64,000 nucleotides of DNA from positions 82,770,001 to 82,834,000 of the forward strand of contig NC_058374.1 of NCBI RefSeq assembly GCF_018350175.1. The letters run 5' to 3'. A model generated the notes under the pieces. The model saw nothing but the letters and a program-made list of their open reading frames with translations. It searched no databases and was not told the origin of the DNA. Made by a program: the position numbers and the translations under genes. Positions 37,754-51,000 of the stretch are shown here, piece by piece; the stretch's first letter is position 1, and each line of letters opens with the position of its first letter. The stretch comes from Felis catus. Taxonomy: Eukaryota.

Positions 37754-39811
37754 TCATAGCTCATCATGCGATATGTGCAGGGCATGGTCACATAGATCTG
37801 CAAATAGCACATAAAAATTTGAAGGAAAATGCCACTCTCATATTGATATATGTCACTATCAAGAAAATGCCCCAAACCAAACTGGCACACACACCAACCA
37901 CCATTTTTTAGAGCATATCCTTTTAGATGACAAAACATTCCCACTATCCTTTCACTAGGATCTCAGGTGAGGGAGCCACAAATTCTGAAAGCTGACAGGA
38001 AGAGAATAGAGAGGAACAACCCAAATCTCTAAGTCATAGGTAATGGAAGTTAATTCTTGAGCTAGTATCAGAGGATGGGGGATAGGAGGTAGAGGAACAT
38101 GCTAAGGAATGTGCCAGGTTCTAACGGGCTGTCAGGACAGGCAGTAAAGTGGGATTAGTTTACCTGTTCGCTTACTACAAAGTTTGTCTTTAACATTGTC
38201 AGCCTCTCGGGAAAAGAATTCAATGAGTTCATCCTCATATTCCTCCACAATGCTCTCACACTGTCAACCCAAGGGAGAAATGAATGAGAGAGGGCAGCAA
38301 GAAGAGGCCTTTTGCCTCCACCTCCAGAGAGGAGAAGGACATTAACATAGCTTTCCACTTGGGCTGTCCAATAACTCCCCTAATTTTCAAAAACCAGCTA
38401 CCCATTCCCAAAGCTCACCGCAAACTTGAGAGTGCCACTGATGTCTGAATCAATTCGGATGCCCTGTAGGTCCAGTTCATTGGATTCTCCATTCCGGCCC
38501 ACTACACGTACGTAGTTCTTGCGGTGGGTGGAAGGGTCAATTTGTTCCCCATACTCCTTCATCCGGTCACATACCTCCTCTAGCAGCTCTGTGAGGTGGG
38601 CCTCTGAGCGAGCATAAGGCACCTAGAAATGTCCTCAGCCTTGGTTCATATTCTTCCACCTCTGTACATTAGTAATTTATATCCTTACTCTTCCTTCCAA
38701 ATCTAGTTCAACTAACTTATTCGAAAAAGCCCTCCCTACTTAAAAACAGTACAGTTTATTCGTATGGTTCCAAAGTGCTTTCAAGTATATGATCTTATTT
38801 TACCTCACTTCACATTTCTAAGAAATAAAACAGGTGTCATTACCTCCAAATTATAAACAGAGACCTCTTTGATAAATCCTAGTTAACTATGTGTTCCTTT
38901 CCTTTGAACTCCCTTAATTCTTATGGGTGTAAGCTAATGATTTTATTTATTTGTATTAAATGAGATTAATACCTGTCCTCAATAGGAGCATAAGAGAGGT
39001 AGTGTAGGCTTTGAGGATAATAATTATAAAGCATCTCACAAACATCATAACCTTAACTTTTCTTTGTATACTCTCCACTAGATATAGCTTTGCGTATATG
39101 TTATGTTTTCTACTAAAGTATAAATTTCCTACATACAGGGATATGGCCTTCTTTTTCTCTTTTGTATGTATATAATTATGCCATAGTGAAAACATGAGTG
39201 ACATGAATTATGGATGTGGAGGAGGGGGCTGATCAGGGTTCCCTGTCTACTAATAACTACAGCAGAAATAATATTAAGGTTTGGAGCCAGGAAGCGCATA
39301 GGGTATAAGCCTCCAGCCTCTTACAAATGTGATAGCCCAATATTTTAGATACCTTTCTGGGTCAATATCTATTAAACCAAGGTCCTTCTTAATCAGTTGA
39401 GTTCTCATTGAAATTCAGAGTGAGCTACTTTATTTGGGGGAACAGTAACAGTTACCTCCACCACTGACTGGCTGCCATCTGGATTGATTCGGAAAGAGCC
39501 CATCTGAATGGTCTTCTTGGGATCCACCTGGGCGATTTCCCACTCTAGTTCATCCACCAGAGCCCTGCAAGCTGGTGTGAGGGGAGAGGAAGGAGGAAGA
39601 AGGGGAGAAAGAAAATCAACCCAGGGATTTCCATTCATTCTTCTCCCAGACCCTGTATCTCATGCTCTCCCAAGGCTCTGTCTTCCCGACCCTCCTTCCT
39701 CTCATTTCTCTTTGTGCTCTTACCTCCACAATGTAGATCCTGGCTCCTCCGAGCCCAGGCAGTTCCCAGCAGGGCCCCCAGAAGCAGGGCCAGCCAACCC
39801 CAGCCTTTCAT
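37754..39811 (-). CDS. CNPY2: Protein canopy homolog 2 (saposin-like ER protein, C-terminal HDEL), 182 aa
   Basis: Exons 39724-39811 (MKGWGWLALLLGALLGTAWARRSQDLHCG), 39456-39571, 38419-38622, 38164-38260, 37754-37797 (DLCDHALHISHDEL*); total 549 nt. Confidence 0.98.
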
Positions 39812-40439
39812 CTTTAGAGTAATGGGGTTGCTCCACCTGAGTTAAGGGTGGAATAAGAGCATAGGTGTGAGGATTCGGCTCCATTACCCCCACCCCGAAT
39901 CCTACATTACCCCCACCCCACCCTACAAAGGCCTCAGTGTGACTCTGGCTCTACTTTTCAGGAAATGGCCAGGACACAAAGGAGCTCCTCTGTTCCAGCG
40001 CTTGAGGACCCGGATTCCGCCCCCAACCTTCCCCCCCCCCCCCTGCGGTGAGTGAGAGCGCGAGCGAGGGACTTGGGGCTCAGTCCCAGAGACTACGTCG
40101 ACAGGTGAGGCCCCAGATGTTGGTACTTAAGCGTTGGCTGCCTAGGGCTCACAGGGCTATGTGGCAGCTGCGGAACGGAGGTTGGCGATTAAGTGAGGAC
40201 GGAAGGCACAGAGAAGCTGCCGGCAAGGCAAGCAGCTGATTCAGGCCAGGAGGCAGAAAGGTGGTGGGCAGAAGAACACTCTATACCTGGGGCCTATTTG
40301 GATCCACCACCTTCGATTACTGCATCCCCACCTCCAGCCTATAGCTTTCCCGTGCGGACCAGCCCCCTTTCTGAGGACGCCGCCATTGCCTTCGCTCCAG
40401 TCCATTCCAGACCCTCAGTGCCACTCGCATCCGTCCCAC

Positions 40440-40990
40440 CTCTGCTCCCAGGGCCGCCGCCGTGGCCCAGGCGCTCGAAGACGGCCGGACTCTCACTTTA
40501 CTCCCGACCGTAGCACCTGGCTGCGGGGGAGCGAGGCTGTCCAGGCTTCTCCAGAGCGCTCCGCCACTTTCCAGGCAAGGGTGACCCAGCGACTGCCTGA
40601 CCCAGCTCCCCGCACTCTAAGTGGCCGTCTACGCACGGCTCCGAAGCGCTGCCGTGCGAGCCCTACACCGGAGACCGACCCCAAACCCGCCCCTCCAAAC
40701 TCTCGCGCGAACAGGCAGCTCCGGAGCGGCTTCTAGGCTGCGAGGACCCCGGTGGATCGCAGAAGGACCCAGACTTGCGTGGCGAGTAGCTCCACGTGAC
40801 CACCAGGGGTCAGCCGAAGAATAGGAGTGGCCCTAGCAAAGTGAGGACAGAGCCGTTTGGCATAAGGAGGCACGTGGGTGTGCCAGTCTAGGTGGGCTAG
40901 GACCTTCCAAAAGAAAGGTACCCTGCTAGCCTGTGAGAAGCCCTGGTTTCAATACCCCGCAAACTACATCTCCCAGGAAGCACCGCAGCA
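40440..40990 (-). promoter_or_regulatory. CNPY2 non-coding exon 1 and CpG promoter
   Basis: Donor GAG|GTGGGA at 40440, acceptor at 39836; E-boxes CCACGTGAC 40792-40800 and GCACGTGG about 40870-40877; ZNF143-type ACTACATCTCCCAGGAAGCAC from 40963. Confidence 0.7.
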
Positions 40991-41367
40991 CTTCACAGAT
41001 CCTGTTAGTAGCTACAAGTCTTCAGATAACCTAAGACCTGCAGTTTGTCAGTTTCCCCAAACTTTCCTTTTCCGAGGAAACCATACTGTGCATCTTAAAA
41101 GAATCTGGTCTTAAGGTAGTAGGCAGCCATAGCAAAGAGCTAAAAATAACTGTCCAGCAAAGACATAACTATATTCCTCCAATAACCTTAACTTTGGACT
41201 CCAGAGCTTCACCTTCATTTCTAGGTGGAAATTTGAACGCTTGTTTTTTTCCAGTTGTTATAGAAAGCCAACACAAAGAAAGGAGAGGAGAGCTTAAGTC
41301 AGAGCATCCCACACTTGCAGGTCTCTAGTGACATAGATGACAAGCCAGTAATACTTTTTTTTTAATT

Positions 41368-41373
41368 TTTATT
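41368..41373 (-). terminator. PAN2 polyadenylation signal AATAAA
   Basis: TTTATT on + strand about 630 nt past the PAN2 stop, with adjacent ATTAAA (41361-41366). Confidence 0.7.
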
Positions 41374-42000
41374 TTATAAAACATGCATTTTAAAACAAAA
41401 CTTTAAAAAATAACAAAACTTGGGACAGGAGAGTGGATGGAAGACAGATGCTTCTCAGCTGTCAGCAGGAGTGAAGACAGCAGTCAAGCTGTATCTAGGA
41501 CCCAAAGGCCCTTTTGGCAATGATGGTGTTGGCAACACTGGTTTGCTAGGGCCACCAATATTCGATGTCCTGGTCCATCCAGGCATCTCTCAAGCAGTCA
41601 GAGACTTGAGCTCTCTTAAGCTACTGTTGTATCCTATCACTTACCAGGACTTCAGTCCTTAGCCAACTAGGAACTGAGAGTACTGGTTCCAGGAGCGTTT
41701 TTTTGCCTGGATATTAATTACCCAGGATATTTATTGAGAATATCAATTTCTTTCCATTTGGGTCAATTCTAGACTCTGTTCCTGGCCCGCTATTTTGCAA
41801 AGAATGAAAAAGGAATCTGGCACCTCTTCCCTTTACAGCAACTCTGCTGCATTCCAGTTCTATTAATAGCACCATCTGTAGACCCTGAGCAGGTCCAATT
41901 CTGGAAGCGGGCGAGGACTAGCCAAGTTGGGAAGCCATCTCCCAGTTCTGGGGCACAGAACACTGAGGGGAGAGGAGTAGTTCACTGGGAGAGGATGAGG

Positions 42001-45000
42001 TCAGAGCGCCAACACTGAGGAGAAGACAGCTGCATCTGTCAGAGACAAAATCAAGAGCATTGACTCTTAAGGTGAGTGGAGAAAAAGTGCCTGGAATACT
42101 TCTTATGAAGGAAAAGAGGGCAAACCTGCCCCAAACATTTTAGAATTAGGCAGGAGGAGGTTAGGATCAGTGCAGACTTTCAAGAATACAATCTATTTCA
42201 CTGAATGTTGGGAGGATTAAATGCTTTGCAAACCACTGAGTGCTTTACAAATGTAAGGTAGAGTTGGTACAATTGTTAACATCACCATCATCATTATTAT
42301 TATCATGAGTATAATCTTCACATATGCAATCAAAACCCACCCTGTCCACTCTCCCTTGTCCCATCCCAGGCCTTACTCTTGGGACTCGTCTGACCCTCAG
42401 GCTCAGGAACCTTCCAGTCCATCTTTCGGCCCTTCTCATAAAGACCCTTGAGCACTTTGTGGAAGGATTCAGGCTCCGTGCCATTTTTGCTTAGCTCCAG
42501 ATACTTTCGGTAGAGCTGAAGGGCTGTACGGGCATCCTCAATACTGTCATGGGTTTCCCCTTGAATCTTCAGGTCTGAGGGAATTAGAGGTGGAATAGTT
42601 TGGAACCTAGCAAAGGAAGGTAAGAATACGTCCCATACTCACATCCCCTACTCCCAATAACCAATAAAAAAAAAAATTGACTACCCGTAAGGGAAAAAGC
42701 CAAACACCATTCCTAGTGCAGCGGGATACTGAAGTTACTTAAATCCATTCATAACTCTCACCACTAAGGGTCCTCCCTACTCCCTTCATTCCAACACTTT
42801 TTCCTGCTCTTAATGAGCACCATAACGGCCTACAAGGTACACCAACTCACCTAGGAAGTACCAAGCAAGGAACCGCAGGGAAATCATTCGTTTTCGGGGC
42901 ATATGAAAGAGATAGACAGTGTCAAGGACTTGGTCCTTGGGCACCTGGCAGAGATAAAAGAGTGGGAGACTGAAGGTAGGTGATCCATAACTTCTCATTC
43001 TCCAAAAGCACAATGTATACCCTAAAGGGCCCATATTCAAAGGAAACTCTTAAAAACAGCCCTGCCCGAACCATGAGGTTGATGACCCGGAAGTCCTTCT
43101 GCAGACCATGACCCACAAACTTGACTCCAATGTCTATAAGAAAACGAAGCTTTAAGTAGGTAGACTTGAGAGTTGTAAGGTGCTTAGAGGAAATCTTGGC
43201 ATCTAGGTCTCCTGGCTTAATCCCCGAGTACTGAGTCAAGTAATCCACCACCTAGGCATAGAGAAAAGGAGAAGTTGCTCATGAAGTGAGGTGCAGAGTC
43301 TCTCCCTGCTACTCTTCCCTGGGTTCTAGAGCACTCTACATAAGCACAAGGTCTGTCTCACTTGTACCTCCTAGTACAAGATATCCTAGTACCTGCTCCT
43401 GGGTAGAGATGTAGTCATCAATGAAGGGGATACCCTCATTGGGTCCCTGGCCTCGAACACAAGTAATCCTTGCTACTGACATCTGGCTTGGTTTGATGGT
43501 AGACTTGGTGCCATCACTGCGTAACTCCGCTTCCTCCTACAGGAGAAGAGTTGATAAGGAAATCAGAGAATAGCTTGTGATGCCTGATATCTCCAGAGTT
43601 CTGTGCCAACACCACACCCTTTTGGTCTTGGTTACCTCATTAAGAGTGACAAACTCAGCATCCAGGCCCACCAGGTCCCCAACCTGCGGCATCTCACTCA
43701 GCATCAGTGGAATAAAGGTGGTATGTGTTTTCCGCTGCTTCCGTGCTAGCGAGGCTTCAGCCAGCAGGACACTTGCCTCAATAGGGTTCTTGACTGGAAG
43801 GGAAAATCCAGAAGACAGATGGCTAGTGATAAGGAAGTAACCAGGGGAGGGAAACCCAGGATGGCTGACCAGAGACTGGGTCTACACTGTGATCTCTCAA
43901 TAATCAAAGCATGTGAATAAGAAGATTGTGTCTGCTGAACAGACAGATGGAATAGGTCAAATCAGAAAACTACTAAGAAATATGCTAAGAGAAACAAAAA
44001 AGCAGAGAGGAAAGAATAAGACTTTGACTTTTTTGGACTTCAGCTTAGAAAATCCAGAAAAACAAAGTTACAGGGAAACTATGGGTTTAAAGGCACCAAA
44101 AAGGGACCTAATAAGTCCATCTGCAAAAGAAGAAAGTTTCACTTAGGAAGAATGATTAGACTCAAAATCAAAACCTTAGCCCTTTTGATCAGATTCCCCC
44201 CATCACCTCTTCCCCTCTACACTCTCAGGATCTCCAGGTTCTAAATTTAGAGCCTGATGAAACAGGAATCTCTTTAGTATCACCCCTGGAAATAATAACA
44301 CTGGCTACCTATCCTAATCTTAACAAGATCTCTTCCAAAAGACCAATTTAAACTGCCACACCCTTCTGTCTACTCTGTACCACTTACTGTTCAGGTTGTA
44401 TTTGGAATTAAGATTCCTTTTGACGTAATAAAGGATAGCAGGCACTTTCCAATTCATGTCAAACTGCACAGCTTCATGCTATAAAAGAAAAAGCACTTCA
44501 TGGTCTATATATAGATGCCCCCTTTTCCTTTTTCCCAAGCCAGACAAAAGACAACTCAGGTGCTATTTTTAGTTCTGCTAACACTTTTTATTCTTGAGGA
44601 CCCATCCCTCCCTCCTGAATCTGCCTGGCATTCTGGAGCACTGAGGATGAGAATTCTAGGAAAGGGGGAGATGAAAGGGGGAATGGAATGTGTTACAACT
44701 AACCTTATCAATAGGTTCAATAAGAAAATCATTGAAGAGATACCACTGCTGGTGGGTAACACCCTGTGGAAATACAGAAAAAGATGATAAAGTGATAGCT
44801 GGACCACTCTGACTCAGAGTCAAGATAAGGACAGACCTGGGACTCCATTGTGGCTACCACCAGGGGTGTCCCTGCCNNNNNNNNNNNNNNNNNNNNNNNN
44901 NNNNNNNNNNNNNNNNNNNNNNNNNNNNNNNNNNNNNNNNNNNNNNNNNNNNNNNNNNNNNNNNNNNNNNNNNNNNNNNNNNNNNNNNNNNNNNNNNNNN

Positions 45001-48000
45001 NNNNNNNNNNNNNNNNNNNNNNNNNNNNNNNNNNNNNNNNNNNNNNNNNNNNNNNNNNNNNNNNNNNNNNNNNNNNNNNNNNNNNNNNNNNNNNNNTGGG
45101 GATAGAGGATAGGGAGTTTGGGGGACGGGGATGGGGGACCAGGGTGGGTTATCTCCATCCTAGCCCATCTATGACTCAATACTGAACTGAGTCACTCTGG
45201 AAAAGCCCACAACTGGTAAATAACTTGGCTTTATTCCCTTCCTTTTCCCTATACTAAGTTCCATCTTCCCCTTGCCCTGCTTCTGCCCCAACCTTCTCTC
45301 CCTTATTCCCCCTTCTCTTCCCAGTTGTTCAACAACCTGTATCTCATCCCCATCAGTCCAATTGCAAACATCCAGCCCTTTATTCTTGGTCATCTTCATG
45401 CGAATGGAGAAAGGAAGCCAGACATTCTTCAACTCCTCAATGGAGGAACACATCAGCACGCCCTCTGGACTCCCTAGTTCCTTCCTATCAGGATAAGAGA
45501 ATTAGAAATTCATTCTGAGATCTAGCCAGTGACCAGAGGAGCCACTGGGTAGCTCAATCCTTTGACTAACCCCCCAGACAGTACCTACCAATCAGCCAAA
45601 GCAAACTCTTTATTCTTAGAGATTTCCCCACCATGCTTTTTTATTGCCATCTTGAAGGCAACCTGAACACAAAGGAAAAAATATCTGATTGCCCAGGAAC
45701 ATTAATCATATATTGAGCAGAGAAGGGAGAGAAAATTAAGAAGTACACCTAAAACCCTGCTTCCAGACCTGGTCCTTACCTCAGCCTGCATTCTCCAGAA
45801 ATCAGCTTCTTTCAAGCTGTTCACCTCACAGTTGATAACAAGAATATCTGGCAGATGGCGGATGTTGCGGGTCTGAATCTGAGAGGAAAAAACAAACAAG
45901 GAATGGCAATGAGCCTATGGGAAAGAAACCTGGATGGGAACAGTAAAACCTGGACCTGCATTTTCAAACTGAGGTTCCTCCCACTCCCTATAGATCCGTG
46001 GATGGTGGTGCTGACATAGCTAGTCCCAGATGAAACCACACCAAGTCCCCAACATGGGAGGACTTACCGTGGGCTGGTACTTCTCGCAATTGTCGCACCA
46101 GGCCTGTGTATTCTGCTCCAGGCAGATGCTTCGCTTCAGCACCTGAGCAAAGTCACAGTTCTTCCCGGTTTTATCTGAGGGGAAACTGGATGCTTCACTC
46201 TAGGTTCTCCCTTCTACCCATTATTAGCCTCCCAACACCCTCTCCTTGATGTTATGGGACACGTGAGGGAGCCTTCCCAACCCAGCTGCAGGGTATACCA
46301 CTGTTGCTACCCTCGGGGTAGGAGAGCGTGAAGAGCAGGGTGGAAGAGGCTCGCACGGTCTCACTGCCGCAGCGGCAGAGGCTGCAATTCTCCATCTCAC
46401 AGCTGAACAGCTGCCCAATGACAGAGTCCCCCGATGAACAAAAGCTGCTAAGGGCAGGGAAGGCAATACATGCACATGGAGACAGTTAGGACACCTTCTA
46501 AGTCACAGAGGGGACTGTCATGGTGGCTTTAAATATTCATGTTCCGATTTCATACCTGCCTCCAGCACCTCGATAAGCCTGGGGTACTTCTAGCTCCTGC
46601 ATATCCTGATGCAGTTGAGTGAGAATGAAGCGATTCCACCTCTGAATAAGCCTGGCCAGATTGCCTTTGCCTGAAGCCTCATCTGAGTCAGCCAGGATCA
46701 GACCAAGGGCCGAGGCCTCAGGAATGGTGCGGAATGCCCGAAGAAAATTACTGCCCTGGAATCCAGGAAGTGTGTTGGTAGAATGGGGCAATTTTCTCTT
46801 TTGTGGCCATTTGCACAGCAGTGTCCCTGCCTACTGTCTACCTCCCTTCCCCTTTTATTGTCCCAGGTCTACAGACACTGACCTGACAAGGGTCACCTCG
46901 AGAAAGATCCAACATGTGGAAGAGGAAACCCAGCTCACATGCCAGACAGAACTCCTTCTGGCAAAGATGGTTCTGGATAAGACAGCGAACGGGCTCCAGA
47001 AAATAGAGCACCTGGAGGGGGGAAGAGCAGGAGAACTGATACAGGCAACTAGTATGGAGAAGAGAGATGGGATGGTTAAGAGAGCCGATAAAGAATACAA
47101 ATCAGGAGTCTACTGAAGAATGGAGCACACAGAAGAGACTTGAAGGCTGTGAAGCAAGAAAGAATGGTAGTGGAGGCCATGGCAAAGTGGGCTTGGTTGG
47201 AGAGACCTGGAAAAAGAGCAGGGAGTATGGGGCCACAGAGAAGAAAGGCAGTAGCCATGTTCAGGTTGCAGGAATATCCTTACCTGGATCATGCAGTTAC
47301 AGTAGGCATTGGGGATGTGAGGCTCTAATCCAGCAAACAGGGTCTTATTGTAGTGTTTGAAGTCAAAGTCCTCCAGCCCTAGCTTGGAGTATTTGATGGT
47401 TACCTGAGGCAGAAATAGTCTGAGCAAAATGAACGTATCCTCAGAGTCCCCTAAATCCTTTGCAGTGGTCATAACCTTCCCCAAAACCTCCCTCCTGAGT
47501 CCAGGTGGTAGATGAAGACTTCTCAACTGAGTCCTTTGATCCTTTCTAGTATGACCCCCTTTTCCCAGGGAACCTTTCCCCACATCCCACAGGACTCCTT
47601 CCTTGGTAACCCCCAGCACCTTGCGGTATTTCTTAGAGACCATGTGGAGATGTAGCTCCTCTTCCCGCCCTATCGGTGACTCAGTGACCTGGCTGAAGCT
47701 GTCAAATTCACTGTCTGACTCCTTGAGTCGATAAGGAATCTAGAATTTTTAAAAAGAGGTAATTTTGTTGGATGTCTTAATTATCTTTGGTTTCCCCCCA
47801 CCTTTATCCCAACACTGAACCTTCTACTTTCTTGAAGTTTCAGCATCTACCGCATCCTTTCTATTCCCACTGCCATCACCCTACCACACCACAGCTCGAC
47901 AACTGTGATGGCTTCCACGCGTGGCTCCACACACACTCTGTTTGGCATCCCGCTACCAAACAAACTCTCCCAAAATGCCTATTTCAGTGTGTCACTTCTC

Positions 48001-51000
48001 TCCCTAAACACTGGTATTAAGGCTTCACAACCGGGCCCTTTCCAACCTCAATGTCTTACTATTTCCCAGTACTCACACCACTCCAGCCAGACTGGTCCAA
48101 TCACAGTCCCGGTCAGACACACCTTTTGCAGTTATGCTTCTTGAGACCTTTGCTAACACTGATCTCTCATCTTGAATATGCTTCCATGTTACTTTGTATT
48201 TACCTATTTTTAACCAGCTCAATATCCACCTTTTTCAGTATGTCTTCCCTGACCACTCTGGCCCAGAGTAACATTTCCCCTCCAAACAGCCCTGGCAGTG
48301 AATGCTTGTAACATTCCTTTAGCATTTAACAATAGAACAAATAATTTGTTACAGACAGGTCTTATCTTCACTAACCAAATACTAAACTTCTTAATAGCAA
48401 AGACTCTATCTTCTACTCTGAATTCTCCCTAACACCTACCATGGTACCTTTCATTCATTAGACCTCAAAAATCCTTTACTGACTAACTAAAAGCAAAAAA
48501 TGCTGAGAACTAGTAAAGAAACAAGACAGGAGAAATCCCAGAGGGCTGGGCTGGGGGCTGACCTTCTCACCTCTGAACATACCTGATTGCGCAGCCTGGT
48601 GCGGGGGTTGGGTGCATAGCCAATGAAGCCCACCTTCTTCATGGTGCGTAGAATCTCTGCATCCACAGGGGGTGCTCGCCTATAATGCAGTACAGTTCTA
48701 GGGCTTGAAGTTTGTGGTGTCTGCCTATCTAATACCCAACCCCCAAGGAGCCAGAAAAGAAAGTACTGAAGGCACACAAAAATCAGGAAAGGAGACTACT
48801 ACAGGGCTTACAGAGAATCCTAGTATCTTGGCCCTTTCCCCCTCCCTCCTTTTGACCCAGATGTAAGGTACAACCTGGGAGCTGGAGCGGAGTTGGCAGC
48901 AGGCCAGTCAGAGAGAAGCGTGTCAGTGGTGAGCGGGACAGGGATGAGGGAAAGAGGCAGCAGGTCCTGGCTCCAGTCCAGAGGAGGCAGTGAGTCCACG
49001 AGACAGGGCAAAGCAAACTCCGTCTCACGGGAGTAAGGGTTGAAGGAAGGCTCAGGGGAATCAGTCCAGAGGTGTACACAGCCCTCAGAATCCCCAAAGG
49101 CCAGGGCCTGCTTGCTGGCTGATACGTCAAATGTCATTAGCAGAGGCCCCACAGGATTCACATGAAAGATGTCTGCTGGGTTGGCCAGGCCTGTGGGCTC
49201 ACAAAACTGGCACTGCCCTAGAAGAGAGGAGGAAGCATTATGACACTCCTTTTCCCTCGTATCAGGGAAAGACTGGGCCTAAATTCATGCCTAGAGATAC
49301 AAATAATACCATCTGATGCCTTCCCATAAGCCACAGGCAGTTTTGTTACCCAGTAAAGTTATTCTGCCTGCTCCACCTTTATCTTTTTCTGTGTTCTTCA
49401 CACTCAGGGAGAAAATAAAAGCACTAATCTCTGACCAAACCTAAGTGAGACCCTGATAGCCCACTGCAAGTTTACTATTTCCTCCAACAAAGAGGTTCCT
49501 AGGAGTATACTCTTAGTGCTACTTCTCCTTTGGTCATCAACCCCTCCTACCCCTTCCTACCTGACTGGGAGATGATAGCAAGTCGAGAAGTATATGTAGG
49601 GATGAAGCGCAAGAAGGCAGGATCCACATGTACTTGAAGTGGTGTGATGGCACGCATCATGCGTAGATCATACACCTTGAGGAAACGGTCACAGGCCAGG
49701 CCAGTGAGGCGGCTGGAGAAGCCACAGGCGGCCAGCAGGTTGCCATGCACATCAAAATCTGACAGACTTCCTGAGAAAGCATCAAACTCATGCTCCACCT
49801 TAAAAGAACGGAGGTCTCGCAGGGAAACCTGAAGAAGAGATAACTCAGTTATCTGCCAACACTGTTATCAGGAAAAGTACCCACCACCTACCTAATCCTG
49901 TGAGGCCCCTGCCAAGAGAACTAAGGCTCTAGGATATGGGCAATTAAAGCACAGAACAGGCAAAAAGAGAGGCCAAGAGCTGGAAGGGACTCCAAAGAGA
50001 ACTCTTGTTTACTCTCTTGCCTCAAAGATATCTAGTTACAATAGAAGGCATCAGCCTGAAAGACAATCTAGTATAACGTGGCTGAGTAGGAACTCAGATC
50101 ACTCCTCCTGTGCCTCCAACTATAGTCCCAGAATTGAGGGAAAGAAAGAGCTCAAGCACATGTCTGATGAAACAGGGCCATGTGGTAGGAGGAAACATGG
50201 AACCGAGCCACCTTGCCAGATGTGTGGCCACAGAAGAAGAAGCGATTTGTCTGTCTCATAATGGTGACTCCAGGCGTCTCGACTGCATACTGGGGGACAA
50301 AGCAGAAAAACCAGTGAGAATAATTCTTCCCACAGACCAAAGGAACAGAAAGACTGCACATACATCTTAGTCATGTTCCCAGTCTGGGCATATCCCTGAC
50401 CCCCCAAAAACCTCAGGTCCTGCCTGGGTTTTTCTTTCCCCAGTCTTATACCTTCTGAGTCTCCTGGACAGTATTAAGGTCAATTTCCAATATGTGGTTC
50501 TGCAGCCCACCAACAAGCAGAGTGCTGTTGTCAGTCAGTAGGAGACTGTGCATATCCTCACTCTCATCCAGCCTGTAGGGGAAAGGAAAGGCTAAGGGAC
50601 CAAGGTCTCAAAAGTTTCCAATCCTTTAGACTTCCCATTTTAGGAGGGACTCTCTTTCCCAGTCCAGAGCTGAGAAGCCACTTACAGGTAATCAAATATA
50701 ATGAGGCCCCCACGGGCCATATACTTGAGGTTGTTCTTGGTGAGAAATAGGATACCATTTTCCAGGCTCTGGATCTGTCGAATGTCATCACTGCCATTGA
50801 CCTGAAAGGATGAGTAACGCTCCAAGGCGGGGCCAAAAAATGAAGTGGCATGGCCCTGTGGGGGACAAAAAAGATGAGACACACCCTGAGTGGAGGGGCA
50901 GGGCCACCCCAGATACAGGTCAGGGACTGGAGACATTGCTCAACTTTTCTCCATTCTTGCTTGGCCTTTCTGGCTAACAGCAACTAAGGCATACGGCTAG

